From: Amphiscolops sp. MND2022
Taxonomy: Eukaryota
Reading direction: 5' to 3'
Length of the DNA stretch: 64,000 bases
Assembly: GCA_964187785.1 (NCBI GenBank)
Contig: OZ076409.1
Span: 46,874,001 to 46,938,000, forward strand
Each line of letters opens with the position of its first letter. The first letter of the stretch is position 1. The position numbers and the translations under genes were made by a program. The notes below the pieces were generated by a model, which was given only the letters and a program-made list of their open reading frames with translations, was not told the DNA's origin and did no database searches. This document shows, piece by piece, positions 39,613-53,300 of the stretch.

Positions 39613-39904
39613 TAAACTGAAAAAAAAGTAGACATCTCCAGATTTCAATAATATTTCTGCTATCGCAGAAATAATAACAGGCCCGCAAACTGTGCAAAGT
39701 AGAACTTATAAATTGCAGGTAAGACACGTAACAGAGCCAGGGATAGGTTGTGATGTTACAGCTCTCACGAAGATTTCGGTACAACAAAGCCAGCCGAAAA
39801 CGACCGAAATCGGTGCCTCGTTGGAAGCTTAAAGTTGGAAAGTCTCTCATACATGGTTCCTCTGGCTGCTAAAGAAACTGAGCAGAACACAAAATTGGGC
39901 TACT

Positions 39905-40530
39905 TCATGTTTTCTTGACTCCTAAATATGGAGCAAGAATATTCCACAGGAAGTGACTAAAAATTTAAACTTGAGCAACTGGCTTTTGATGATTGAGGGA
40001 AGTTGAGATTTGCAGCTAAAACATCCAAAGGAGACAAAAAATATTGTTTTCTTTCAAGTGGCCATTTCAAAACAGCTGGGACGCTACTCCCAGAACGCTT
40101 GAAATCGATAACACCAAACTCCGTAGCAGACTTGAGATACAATATCGGAGACAATTTCCCCCAAAAAGAAAACGCGAAAAGGAACCTTGTTTGCCAGGAA
40201 GCTTCATAAATGTTCTTTTCACGTTAGTAAGAAATGAAGGCAGCCCCAAAGATCTTTATTTGAAGACTTCAGGTTTGAGTTGAGCCGGTAGCGACATAAC
40301 CAACGGGAACTGTTCGAAATGCTTATTAGTTACCCAAAAACGAAGAGCAGCAGCGAAAAACTTTCACAGAGAAAAAAATGGCCACACAGTGCAAAAAACG
40401 CCAAGAAAAAAGAAAAAGGTACTTATCTTCTGCGAGTCTGAAAAGCACGTATTGCATTCAAAATTAGCTTAGCAGTACAAATAAAGTTGAAATTTCAACG
40501 TCATCGTGATTTTTGAACACGAAAAAAAAC
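39905..40530 (+). repeat. Unclassified dispersed repeat; uninterrupted paralog of ~27030-27330 plus ~28655-29100
   Basis: Colinear shared blocks GACTCCTAAATATGGAGCAA, GACTTGAGATACAATATCGGA, AAGCTTCATAAA, TACCCAAAAACGAA and CTGAAAAGCACG. Confidence 0.75.
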
Positions 40531-40692
40531 GTCAAAACTGTAGTTGTGGATTCTCAGCTTTCGCTGATGGGATATCGCTCATTTTCTTTTTAACATCTTA
40601 GTCCCATGTTCCAACATTGTCCACAGTCGCACACCTTCAACCATTTACAAGAGTTGTTTTCGTCGAACTGGTTATCGAAGTGCCTCCATACA

Positions 40693-43600
40693 CAGGGGCT
40701 GTCAAAAATTAATTGGAGAAAAATTAATTGTAATCAATTAATTGATTGCAGATTTCCAGCAATTGCAATTAACTGATTGCTAGATGCGCTTTATTGTAAT
40801 ACTTTTGATTTACTCGTTATGTCAAATCACGTCTGTTAACATTTATTTACTTTCATTTTCACTCAGTGCACCTACTGTGCATCATTCAGTGCACCTACTG
40901 TCAGGGATTGGAAATAATGTAATGTGTATTTCATTAAATGCAGTATATTAAATGTATTAAGTTATTGCGGCGGCCAAAACAACAACAAATAATGGCAACA
41001 TTTGAATGCAATTATTGTTCAATAGGAAACGAGTAAATCAATTTATTGAACATAGCACTGTAGGTATGTTTAAGTTGTCTGAATGGGGGATTACTTTTGG
41101 GTAGGGTAATGAACAGCACAATAATGAATAGCACGCTTCCGCCAGCCGGCGCACAGCTCGCATATTTGCTAGTTATACAGTATAACTTATACTTGCTTCA
41201 CTTACTATTGCAGATTATATACTGTCGCGGCATACTGTTTACATACTGTTTAAAACATTATCAGCCTATACATTGACAGTAAATTCCAGGCCATGCCAAG
41301 TCACGAAATTACCAAATTTTTCTTCGATAAACGTGACAATGAACCAAATGAATTCATATGCAGGTGCGGTAAACGCCGTAAACAAGATCCCAAAAGGGGA
41401 TATGGCAATCTTATTGAAAAAGTCAGCGGAACTTCGCTGAAAAACAACCCTGAGACCAATAATTCGGAATGTGACTAGATGGTCATCAACATATGAAATG
41501 GTGACCACCTGCACTGAACTGAAGCCATTCCTTGATACGAACGACGTTGACATGATTCCTTTACTTTTGAGTCCAGCGCAAGAGCAGAAACTCAATAAAT
41601 TGATACAATGTTTAAAAGATTTTGAATCTGTGTCCAAAAAATTGCGAGAAGAAAATTTGAAAATGAAGGCAGCATAGGTGAAAGCGCACCAATTATTGCG
41701 AATCCAGAATTTGAAAATGCAATCGTGAAGACAATTAAAGGGCAATTGGACCTTACATCTGAGGAAAAAGACAGCATTTCATTTTTCAAAAATACAAATG
41801 AAATTACAGATGAAAGCGACGATTTTGCTAAAAGAGCATTGAGTATGTCATTGGTGGAGCAAAACGCGTCTCATCAGTCTCTCAAGTTAATGAAACCAAC
41901 TTCCAACATGATCGAACGTTTTTTTTTCAGCGGGCAAAACTTATTTTGAGTCAACACAGATATGCGATAACACCGGAACATTTCGAATCACAACTTTTCC
42001 TTCAGGCCAATCGCCGATTTTGGGACATTAAAACTGTTCAAGAACTTATTGCATAATGTGTTTCATTATTTTTTATTTATTGCAATAAATGCATTCAATG
42101 GATTTCCTCCTTTTTCCATTTCATTTAATAAAGGTAGAGGTTACAATAATAGTGCATTACAATTTTACTATTCCTTGCCTACTGTGCTAATAACGTATAA
42201 TGTTTACACACTGTTTATTTGCATTCCAGATTGCGGACATGACTACCATTGAAGAGCTGTGCTTGAAATATTTCTCGGTTTAGAATGCAACAAAGTTTAC
42301 ATGGAAATGTCAGTGCGGGGCCGTTTTAAAACAAAAGAACACGTGTTGGACAAATTTAGCAAATCATATCAAGTCACAACCCCAAACCAGTTCCCACAGG
42401 TCAAAGATAAAAAGTAAAGGAAGCAACATTTACTGTTGGCTCAATTGGGTTTGCTCGTCATTAAAGCCGTTTTCATTTGCCGACAATGTTCTAACGCGTG
42501 AATATTCAAAACTGGAGCCTATTTCCCACAATTCAATCAAAAAATACATGGAACTTGTTACTAAAGAAGTGGAAAAGTGAATTCAATCTACGTTACCTGA
42601 AAAGTTTGCGCTTGTGATAGACGGTAGGACAAAAAACTCCACTCATTTTAGGGGTGTATTTGCCAGCTACCCAGCCGCTAACAGCCAAGGCAACGATTCC
42701 GCACTGTTGTCTTTCTCGCCCTTATTTTCTGAGACCAGTTTTACGGCGAAAGATCATTCTGGAATGGCTGTTAAGTGTTTATGGGAAAACGATGAGTGAC
42801 GTTATTGCAATTATTGGAGATAATGCAGAAGTTAACAAGGCATTATCCAACTTGTGCGAAAAGCCACTTATCGGGTGTGCATCGCATCGTTTCAATTTGG
42901 CTGTTGCTCTCTTTCTCAGAGAACATGCCGAAATAATGAACAAAATTTCCGATATCATGATCAAACTTCGCACATTAAAATACCGTGGAAAACTACGACA
43001 GAAAACGGATCTTTGGCCGGTTTTAAAAAATGAAACACGCTGGAGCCATGTTGAACCGTTATATCCATTTGCATCCATTCCTGTTGGAACCAGAATTTTC
43101 GGGCGATCATGCATTTGCAACCCTCTTGTTGTCACCATCTGATTTTTTGAAAGTGAAAGAACTTGTATCACAGCTTCAATACTTGAACTCGGTCATTCTT
43201 GCCCTTCAAGATTCAGCAATTGACTTAGCAGACGTCCGGGGGTTGTTCGACAAAGTTTTGGATAATTTTCATAAAATGGTGACATACATTGGAACCAATG
43301 CTAAAATCATTCACTCGTTAAAGTTTGAATCAGCTATTGTCAACATCCAAGAGAAAAGACATGATAAACTTGATGAGGAAGAGCTTGCTGCCGTGGGAAT
43401 GCTGAGAAGTTATCCCAATAGAAACTGGGTTCGATGAACCAGCTAACTCGGGTGCAGAATTTATGAAACGACGAAAGTTAACAAAAGCAGAACATGACAA
43501 CGGTTACATTGAAACAAGATTTTCATTGCCAACCTCAAACCTGGTCGAGAGGTGTTTCAGCGTTTCTGGCCTTGCATACGACGATTTTCGCCAAAATATG

Positions 43601-43779
43601 ACACCTGAGAACTTAGAAATGCAGCGGTTGTTTGTCTTGAAAACAAACATACGATTTCGAGACGAAGAACTTGTTTCGAAATGCTGTGCATTAAAACAAT
43701 TTTTTTCTAAAATTAAATTAATTGATTGCAATCTTTGATAATTGATTGTTTCCCGAAAATTAATTTTTGACAACCCCTG
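40693..43779 (+). mobile_element. Outer hAT transposon with degenerate transposase
   Basis: TIRs CAGGGGCTGTCAAAAATTAATT / AATTAATTTTTGACAACCCCTG; TSD TCCATACA / TCCATATA (7 of 8 match); remnants IDG, IGDN, GCASHRFNLAV, NETRWS and LPTSNLVERCFS at ~42400-43700. Confidence 0.92.
40902..42177 (+). mobile_element. Inner, internally deleted hAT element nested in the outer hAT
   Basis: Perfect 8-bp TSD CCTACTGT (40894-40901, 42178-42185); imperfect 23-bp TIRs; remnants FICRCGKRRKQ..GYGNL, TRWSSTYEM and PTSNMIERFFS. Confidence 0.88.
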
Positions 43780-44034
43780 TCCATATATCGCATAGAAGTC
43801 TGCCTTTGATAGTGGGTATATCAACGAAGTTTATAGCGGACCACGATACAATCGATAAATTTGATAAGCAGTACCTCTCGAGAGCGAAAAAATCGACCAC
43901 TTGCATTTATCTCACAAAGCATTGTCGGACATTTCTGAGGAGTGTGAAAGTCGAGAATAAAACACACGCTTTCTCACTAAGCTGTCGCATTTCTCTCAAG
44001 ATGTACTGCTGCGTTACAACAAGACAGCAAAGCA

Positions 44035-44340
44035 GAGGGTTTGTACGCAGATGGAGAAATTCTTTTCTGTCGAGTCTGCTTAAAAGCTATTGATCACTCA
44101 AGGCAAGGGACAATATATCGCTACAAGGCATCAGATGCGCATATAAATAAGAAATTGATTCCAAAGAGGCAAACAACTATTATCACAACAATGACTGAAC
44201 AAACAGCTAAATGAAATTTTGGCTCTGGTTTAAGATTTAGTCAGAATATTAACTGCCACAAATTTACCAATTGATACTGCAGATAACGCTCATTGTCGTA
44301 GCTTTTTGAAATTGCACATTCGCTGTGGAGGAAGTTCCTC
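44035..44340 (+). pseudogene. CGGBP1-like (hAT-related) zinc-finger/transposase relic
   Basis: Hand translation EGLYADGEILFCRVCLKAIDHSRQGTI..H and, after a frameshift, DLVRILTATNLPIDTADNAHCRSFLKLHIRCGGS; resembles CGGBP1-family motifs from memory. Confidence 0.65.
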
Positions 44341-44862
44341 TCGCACAAATTTGACACCTGATATACAATAGTGTAAGGAAAGAACTGAACCCTTATTTGT
44401 AAGAAATAATTTGGGGTGCATGTAAACAAAGCTAGCATTTTACATGGTGATCTCTTTCAATCTTTTACTCCCGAAATCAAGGGACTGGAAAGACAAATCG
44501 AATGTTTAAGATAATGGGTACAATCGCCTTAAATAGCATATTCTCCTGACATTCATCAGTAAAAAAAGAAACAACCGAAAACATAATCCCCAATCTTTGC
44601 GAAAAATAACTGTCTCACGTATTAAGATATTTAAAAAATGAAATAAAATAGAAAATCCCTTTCAAAAACAACATTATACCAATTATCTTGATGTAAATAG
44701 TTGAATGCCTTCAGTAAATGAAGAAGTACCTGCCAAATAAAAAATTTCAAATTAGGTGCCAAGTGTTACAAAATTGTCCAAAATGATCTCTCATATGCCA
44801 ATTCAGTAGTAAATACAATCAATGAAAAATGAAATCAGGAAGTTTCATTATTTGCAAACCTA

Positions 44863-45603
44863 CAGTCCTGTGATAAAAGAATGGAACCCCTGTTTGGTAA
44901 TTAAGTTTGGAACGCCTAATGAGTTTGCGAATTTCTCAAAAACTGTCAAATGTTCCAAAAAATGATAGAAACAAAAGTTTGTCGGATTTTTGTCTAGATT
45001 ATCATCATCTAATTTAGGAAGCCTTAAAACTAATAAGAGACAAGTTTGTAAATAATATTTTTTACATGAAAAATTTTGGAAATTCCGTTGCAGAGTTCAA
45101 ATTAGGAGCGGACATTATTTACTTTATCATATTGTTCAAGGTGCCCATCATTCACTAATACCACTCGAAAAATTTAAGTACCCTAGAGTGTACATGTGAA
45201 AAAATCGCAAATCTAAAAGTACCGAAAGTAATTCAGTGGAGATTATCGATTCTCTTTGTACATGTAAATACTAAATGCCTCAAAGTTTGACAGTCCAATC
45301 AGTGGACAGCGATGAACTGGTTGATAAACAAAAACTAATCAGTATTGTTTGTAAATTAGACAAAAATTTAAAACTTGGTTTGCAAACCAAATATTACGTA
45401 GAGAGGCATTGGAAACTAATTTCCCCATTATTTGTCAGAGAAGTTTTCATACAAACACGAATGTTAACTAGATCAAATTCCGAGAAACTTTTATCAAAGG
45501 CATTTCTTTTGAATATCAATAGTTTCCGAGAAATTGGGCAGAAAACTTAGGTATTCTAAACGTTATTATAAATCAGGGGTTCCATTCTTTTATCACAGGA
45601 CTG
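44863..45603. mobile_element. Tc1/mariner-type MITE
   Basis: 30-bp perfect TIR CAGTCCTGTGATAAAAGAATGGAACCCCTG, TA flanks. Confidence 0.92.
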
Positions 45604-45911
45604 TACATCTCAAATGCCCAAGAAAACTTTAGAATGTTTGTTTATCCGATTTTCAAATAACTTGGAAGATAGCAGAAATCATGAGCCAGTTTTGTTTTGG
45701 TCCAATTCTTTTTTTTTACAAACAACGGTTCAGTTTATTTCTTACACCATTGTACCTGATGTATACGCTAGTGAGAAATTTAAGGAAAAACAAATTTGTG
45801 CAAATTACAATGGACGTAAAGTTTGATGTAGAAGGACTATACGTGCTTTGCATAAATATGGCGCTACCTGAAACGGATGCTGCTCGTCAGAAAACAATTC
45901 TTACCAATTTT

Positions 45912-46466
45912 TAGTCGGCGCTTCATGGAGTGAAACGCGACTATTAAAGTGACTTTTTTCCATCCACACGAACTGACCAAAATAGTTCTTAAAAGTTCTA
46001 CAAAATATTATTGCACCAAATTGCATCATTTGGCCTAGCGAACTGAACCAAAAAAATTTTTCCTGTTTTCCGTGTAACATACCATACCGCACGAGACCAA
46101 AGGGTCCCCCCTTTCAATTTTTTTGGCACTGCGAGACTTTTTTCGGAAATTTTTTTCCCAAAGGGTCCCCCTTCAATTTTTTGCTGTTTTGCGTCAGAAT
46201 GGATGTTGGAAAATCCCGAAAGGTCCCGCCTTTCAGTTTTTTCGGCACAGAGATTTTTTTTCCGAAAATTTGTTTTTTCTCCAAAGGGTCCCCCCTTCAA
46301 CTGCGACAAAAATGTTGACAATTTCGGAAGTGTCCCCCTTTTAGCGCGCCACTCGGTCCATTTTTCTGTTTTTTCGATTTTCGAGTACTGTAAATTGACT
46401 CTTGGAAGTCCTTTTGCTATTTTTGAGCCTTTGATATGGCGCCGACTTGGGCCGGTACCGGCTTGT
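45912..46466 (+). mobile_element. HINE-like element A of the macrosatellite unit (present in every unit)
   Basis: TAGTCGGCGC ... GCGCCGACTTGGGCCGGTACCGGCTTGT, in a T-run. Confidence 0.85.
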
Positions 46467-46844
46467 TTGAAAAAAAACAGCCGCTCAACTGATTATGACG
46501 GCATTAAGTGAATACGAAGTTTTTTTTTGAAATGGGATTTTCAAGTGACAGCCCTTTCTATATGGTTTGGTTTCGCCAAAGTTCTGCATTCTATATTCGA
46601 AATCTGTGGTCAACTCCGACGCCTTACGCACATGAACCTGGTCATCTAATTTCTTCATAGGAATTTTGAAAAGGCCGTAGAGTGGTGCAAAATATACGCC
46701 AATTTAGTCCAAGGTTTGTGCCAGTTGACTATTTTTGGAGGACTTGAAATACCTCAATCCGAATTGGTCGAGTACAGACGTCGAGCAAGAAAATTTGTTG
46801 CAATAATTACAGCAGAGAACCAGAACGAAGTAGCGGCAATCGAA

Positions 46845-47307
46845 ACAAGACGGGAACGTCTCAAGTCGGCGCTATATCTTAGGCTCAAAAAGCGCAAAAC
46901 ATTTTTTTGGAAAAAGTTTGAAATTTTGGAAAAAAATTCTTTCGGAAAATGTCACACAGTGCCGAAAAATGTAAAAGGGGGACCCTTTTTGATTTATAAA
47001 CACGCATTCTGCAGCAAAATAACAAAAAACTCAAAGGGGGGACCCTTCGGGGACATTAAAAAATTTCGAAAAAAAGTCGCACAGTGCCGAAAAAAAATCG
47101 AAAGCCCTTTAGTCCCGTCCGGGCTTGTAGGTAACGTTTAAAAAGTAAATGAATGCGCTCCCCGTTTGCCTTTAGCGGTCCAGTAGTCTAGTACTTTATT
47201 TAGTAGTTGAACGTTAATTTTAACGTTCGTCGCTTCGAGTCTGTCTTAAATAAAAAAAACGAGTGACTGTAATAGTCGGGCTCTTTTCTTAAGAAAAGCG
47301 CCGACTA
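46845..47307 (-). mobile_element. HINE-like element B of the macrosatellite unit (present in each full unit)
   Basis: ACAAGACGGGAACGTCTCAAGTCGGCGC ... GCGCCGACTAAAAA. Confidence 0.85.
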
Positions 47308-50300
47308 AAAATACAAGGTGTCAAAGACTTCTGGTAGTCCAGCGCAATTCCTTTGTTGCAAATGTCGGCTATTATGAAGAAGTATGGCTACTTAGTTGGG
47401 TCGTCGGCCGGCGTCGAGAGAACAATCTACTACAACAATATTCAGACAGACTACTTCTCGGGGTAGAGAATCTTTTGTTTCTGCATTTCAACGCTGGAAA
47501 ATTGTAACTCTAATCTTTTCCCTTCATATTCCATTTTGATATACAATTTTTTCAAAAAAAAAGTAGCGAGAAATGAGCGTGTATTCAGACTTTGTGCGTG
47601 AAAATTGCCGTAAAAATCGACGGTAAAATTCCGTGAAATCGCACGAGCCTGTTCGAAACATCACTCTATATGACACGTGAGAGAAGGCGAGCAAAAATAC
47701 TGAAAAAAAATCCTCAGAAATAATCAAAGTTGTGTTGGTTAGATTCGAATCCCGGACACTAAATGCCACTAAATGTAAATACTAAATGCCTCAAAGTTTG
47801 ACAGTCCAATCATGGGACAGCGATGAACTGGTTGATAAACAAAAACTAATCAGTATTGTTTGTAAATTAGACAAAAATTTAAAACTTGGTTTGCAAACCA
47901 AATATTACGTAGAGAGGCATTGGAAACTAATTTCCCCATTATTTGTCAGAGAAGTTTTCATACAAACACGAATGTTAACTAGATTAAATTCCGAGAAACT
48001 TTTATCAAAGGCATTTCTTTTGAATATCAATAGTTTCCGAGAAATTGGGCAGAAAACTTAGGTATTCTAAACGTTATTATAAATCAGGGGTTCCATTCTT
48101 TTATCACAGGACTGTACATCTCAAATGCCCAAGAAAACTTTAGAATGTTTGTTTATTCAAATAACTTGGAAGATAGCAGAAATCAGAGCCAGTTTTGTTT
48201 TGGTCCAATTCTTTTTTTTTTACAAACAACGGTTCAGTTTATTTCTTACACCATTGTACCTGATGTATACGCTAGTGAGAAATTTAAGGAAAAACAAATT
48301 TGTGCAAATTACAATGGACGCAAAGTTTGATGTAGAAGGACTATACGTGCTTTGCATAAATATGGCGCTACCTGAAACGGATGCTGCTCGTCAGAAAACA
48401 ATTCTTACCAATTTTTAGTCGGCGCTTCATGGAGTGAAACGCGACTATTAAAGTGACTTTTTTCCATCCACACGAACTGACCAAAATAGTTCTTAAAAGT
48501 TCTACAAAATATTATTGCACCAAATTGCAGCATTTGGCCTGGCGAACTGAACCAAAAAAGTTTTTCCTGTTTTTCCGTGTAACATACCATACCGGACGAG
48601 ACCAAAGGGTCCCCCCTTTCAATTTTTTTGGCACTGCGAGACTTTTTTCGGAAATTTTTTTCCCAAAGGGCCCCCCTTCAATTTTTTTGCTGTTTTGCGT
48701 CAGAATGGATGTTGGAAAATCCCGAAAGGTCCCGCCTTTCAGTTTTTTCGGCACAGAGATTTTTTTCCGAAAATTTGTTTTTTCTCCAAAGGGTCCCCCC
48801 TTCAACTGCGACAAAAATGTTGACAATTTCGGAAGTGTCCCCCTTTTAGCGCGCCACTCGGTCCATTTTTCTGTTTTTTCGATTTTCGAGTACTGTAAAT
48901 TGACTCTTGGAAGTCCTTTTGCTATTTTTGAGCCTTTGATATGGCGCCGACTTGGGCCGGTACCGGCTTGTTTGAAAAAAAAACAGCCGCTCAACTGATT
49001 ATGACGGCATTAAGTGAATACGAAGTTTTTTTTTGAAATGGGATTTTCAAATGACAGCCCTTTCTATATGGTTTGGTTTCGCCAAAGTTCTGCATTCTAT
49101 ATTCGAAATCTGTGGTCAACTCCGACGCCTTACGCACATGAACCTGGTCATCTAATTTCTTCATAGGAATTTTGAAAAGGCCGTAGAGTGGTGCAAAATA
49201 TACGCCAATTTAGTCCAAGGTTTGTGCCAGTTGACTATTTTTGGAGGACTTGAAATACCTCAATCCGAATTGGTCGAGTACAGACGTCGAGCAAGAAAAT
49301 TTGTTGCAATAATTACAGCAGAGAACCAGAACGAAGTAGCGGCAATCGAAACAAGACGGGAACGTCTCAAGTCGGCGCTATATCTAAGGCTCAAAAAGCG
49401 CAAAACATTTTTTTGGAAAAAGTTTGAAATTTTGGAAAAAAATTCTTTCGGAAAATGTCGCACAGTGCCGAAAAATGTAAAAGGGGGACCCTTTTTGATT
49501 TATAAACACGCATTCTGCAGCAAAATAACAAAAAACTCAAAGGGGGGACCCTTCGGGGACATTAAAAAAATTTCGAAAAAAAGTCGCACAGTGCCGAAAA
49601 AAAATCGAAAGCCCTTTAGTCCCGTCCGGGCTTGTAGGTAACGTTTAAAAAGTAAATGAATGCGCTCCCCGTTTGCCTTTAGCGGTCCAGTAGTCTAGTA
49701 CTTTATTTAGTAGTTGAACGTTAATTTTAACGTTCGTCGCTTCGAGTCTGTCTTAAATAAAAAAAAACGAGTGACTGTAATAGTCGGGCTCTTTTCTTAA
49801 GAAAAGCGCCGACTAAAAATACAAGGTGTCAAAGACTTCTGGTAGTCCAGCGCAATTCCTTTGTTGCAAATGTCGGCTATTATGAAGAAGTATGGCTACT
49901 TAGTTGGGTCGTCGGCCGGCGTCGAGAGAACAATCTACTACAACAATATTCAGACAGACTACTTCTCTGGGTAGAGAATCTTTTGTTTCTGCATTTCAAC
50001 GCTGGAAAATTGTAACTCTAATCTTTTCCCTTCATATTCCATTTTGATATACAATTTTTTCAAAAAAAGTAGCGAGAAATGAGCGTGTATTCAGACTTTG
50101 TGCGTGAAAATTGCCGTAAAATGTGGCGTAAAAATCGACGGTAAAATTCCGTGAAATCGCACGAGCCTGTTCGAAACATCACTCTACATGACACGTGAGA
50201 GAAGGCGAGCAAAAATACTGAAAAAAAATCCTCAGAAATAATCAAAGTTGTGTTGGTTAGATTCGAATCCCGGACACTAAATGCCACTAAATGTAAATAC

Positions 50301-53300
50301 TAAATGCCTCAAAGTTTGACAGTCCAATCATGGGACAGCGATGAACTGGTTGATAAACAAAAACTAATCAGTATTGTTTGTAAATTAGACAAAAATTTAA
50401 AACTTGGTTTGCAAACCAAATATTACGTAGAGAGGCATTGGAAACTAATTTCCCCATTATTTGTCAGAGAAGTTTTCATACAAACACGAATGTTAACTAG
50501 ATTAAATTCCGAGAAACTTTTATCAAAGGCATTTCTTTTGAATATCAATAGTTTCCGAGAAATTGGGCAGAAAACTTAGGTATTCTAAACGTTATTATAA
50601 ATCAGGGGTTCCATTCTTTTATCACAGGACTGTACATCTCAAATGCCCAAGAAAACTTTAGAATGTTTGTTTATTCAAATAACTTGGAAGATAGCAGAAA
50701 TCAGAGCCAGTTTTGTTTTGGTCCAATTCTTTTTTTTTTACAAACAACGGTTCAGTTTATTTCTTACACCATTGTACCTGATGTATACGCTAGTGAGAAA
50801 TTTAAGGAAAAACAAATTTGTGCAAATTACAATGGACGCAAAGTTTGATGTAGAAGGACTATACGTGCTTTGCATAAATATGGCGCTACCTGAAACGGAT
50901 GCTGCTCGTCAGAAAACAATTCTTACCAATTTTTAGTCGGCGCTTCATGGAGTGAAACGCGACTATTAAAGTGACTTTTTTCCATCCACACGAACTGACC
51001 AAAATAGTTCTTAAAAGTTCTACAAAATATTATTGCACCAAATTGCACCATTTGGCCTGGCGAACTGAACCAAAAAAGTTTTTCCTGTTTTTCCGTGTAA
51101 CATACCATACCGGACGAGACCAAAGGGTCCCCCCTTTCAATTTTTTTGGCACTGCGAGACTTTTTTCGGAAATTTTTTCCCAAAGGGTCCCCCTTCAATT
51201 TTTTTGCTGTTTTGCGTCAGAATGGATGTTGGAAAATCCCAAAAGGTCCCGCCTTTCAGTTTTTTCGGCACTGAGATTTTTTTCCGAAAATTTGTTTTTT
51301 CTCCAAAGGGTCCCCCCTTGAACTGCGACAAAAATGTTGACAATTTCGGAAGTGTCCCCCTTTTAGCGCGCCACTCGGTCCATTTTTTCGATTTTCGAGT
51401 ACTGTAAATTGACTCTTGGAAGTCCTTTCGCTATTTTTGAGCCTTTGATATGGCGCCGACTTGGGCCGGTACCGGCTTGTTTGAAAAAAAACAGCCGCTC
51501 AACTGATTATGACGGCATTAAAAGAATACGAAGTTTTTTTTTGAAATGGGATTTTCAAGTGACAGCCCTTTCTATATGGTTTGCTGTTTCGCCAAAGTTC
51601 TGCATTCTATATTCGAAATCTGTGGTCAACTCCGACGCCTTACGCACATGAACCTGGTCATCTAATTTCTTCATAGGAATTTTGAAAAGGCCGTAGAGTG
51701 GTGCAAAATATACGCCAATTTAGTCCAAGGTTTGTGCCAGTTGACTATTTTTGGAGGACTTGAAATACCTCAATCCGAATTGGTCGAGTACAGACGTCGA
51801 GCAAGAAAATTTGTTGCAATAATTACAGCAGAGAACCAGAACGAAGTAGCGGCAATCGAAACAAGACGGGAACGTCTCAAGTCGGCGCTATATCTAAGGC
51901 TCAAAAAGCGCAAAACATTTTTTTGGAAAAAGTTTGAAATTTTGGAAAAAAAATTCTTTCGGAAAATGTCGCACAGTGCCAAAAAATGTAAAAGGGGGAC
52001 CCTTTTTGATTTATAAACACGCATTCTGCAGCAAAATAACAAAAAACTCAAAGGGGGGACCCTTCGGGGACATTAAAAAAATTTCGAAAAAAGTCGCACA
52101 GTGCCGAAAAAAAATCGAAAGCCCTTTAGTCCCGTCCGGGCTTGTAGGTAACGTTTAAAAAGTAAATGAATGCGCTCCCCGTTTGCCTTTAGCGGTCCAG
52201 TAGTCTAGTACTTTATTTAGTAGTTGAACGTTAATTTTAACGTTCGTCGCTTCGAGTCTGTCTTAAATAAAAAAAACGAGTGACTGTAATAGTCGGGCTC
52301 TTTTCTTAAGAAAAGCGCCGACTAAAAATACAAGGTGTCAAAGACTTCTGGTAGTCCAGCGCAATTCCTTTGTTGCAAATGTCGGCTATTATGAAGAAGT
52401 ATGGCTACTTAGTTGGGTCGTCGGCCGGCGTCGAGAGAACAATCTACTACAACAATATTCAGACAGACTACTTCTCGGGGTAGAGAATCTTTTGTTTCTG
52501 CATTTCAACGCTGGAAAATTGTAACTCTAATCTTTTCCCTTCATATTCCATTTTGATATACAATTTTTTCAAAAAAGTAGCGAGAAATGAGCGTGTATTC
52601 AGACTTTGTGCGTGAAAATTGCCGTAAAATGTGGCGTAAAAATCGGCGGTAAAATTCCGTGAAATCGCACGAGCCTGTTCGAAACATCACTCTACATGAC
52701 ACGTGAGAGAAGGCGAGCAAAAATACTGAAAAAAAATCCTCAGAAATAATCAAAGTTGTGTTGGTTAGATTCGAATCCCGGACACTAAATGCCACTAAAT
52801 GTAAATACTAAATGCCTCAAAGTTTGACAGTCCAATCATGGGACAGCGATGAACTGGTTGATAAACAAAAACTAATCAGTCTTGTTTGCAAATTAGACAA
52901 AAATTTAAAACTTGGTTTGCAAACCAAATATTACGTAGAGAGGCATTGGAAACTAATTTCCCCATTATTTGTCAGAGAAGTTTTCATACAAACACGAATG
53001 TTAACTAGATTAAATTCCGAGAAACTTTTATCAAAGGCATTTCTTTTGAATATCAATAGTTTCCGAGAAATTGGGCAGAAAACTTAGGTATTCTAAACGT
53101 TATTATAAATCAGGGGTTCCATTCTTTTATCACAGGACTGTACATCTCAAATGCCCAAGAAAACTTTAGAATGTTTGTTTATCCGATTTTCAAATAACTT
53201 GGAAGATAGCAGAAATCAGAGCCAGTTTTGTTTTGGTCCAATTCTTTTTTTTACAAACAACGGTTCAGTTTATTTCTTACACCATTGTACCTGATGTATA

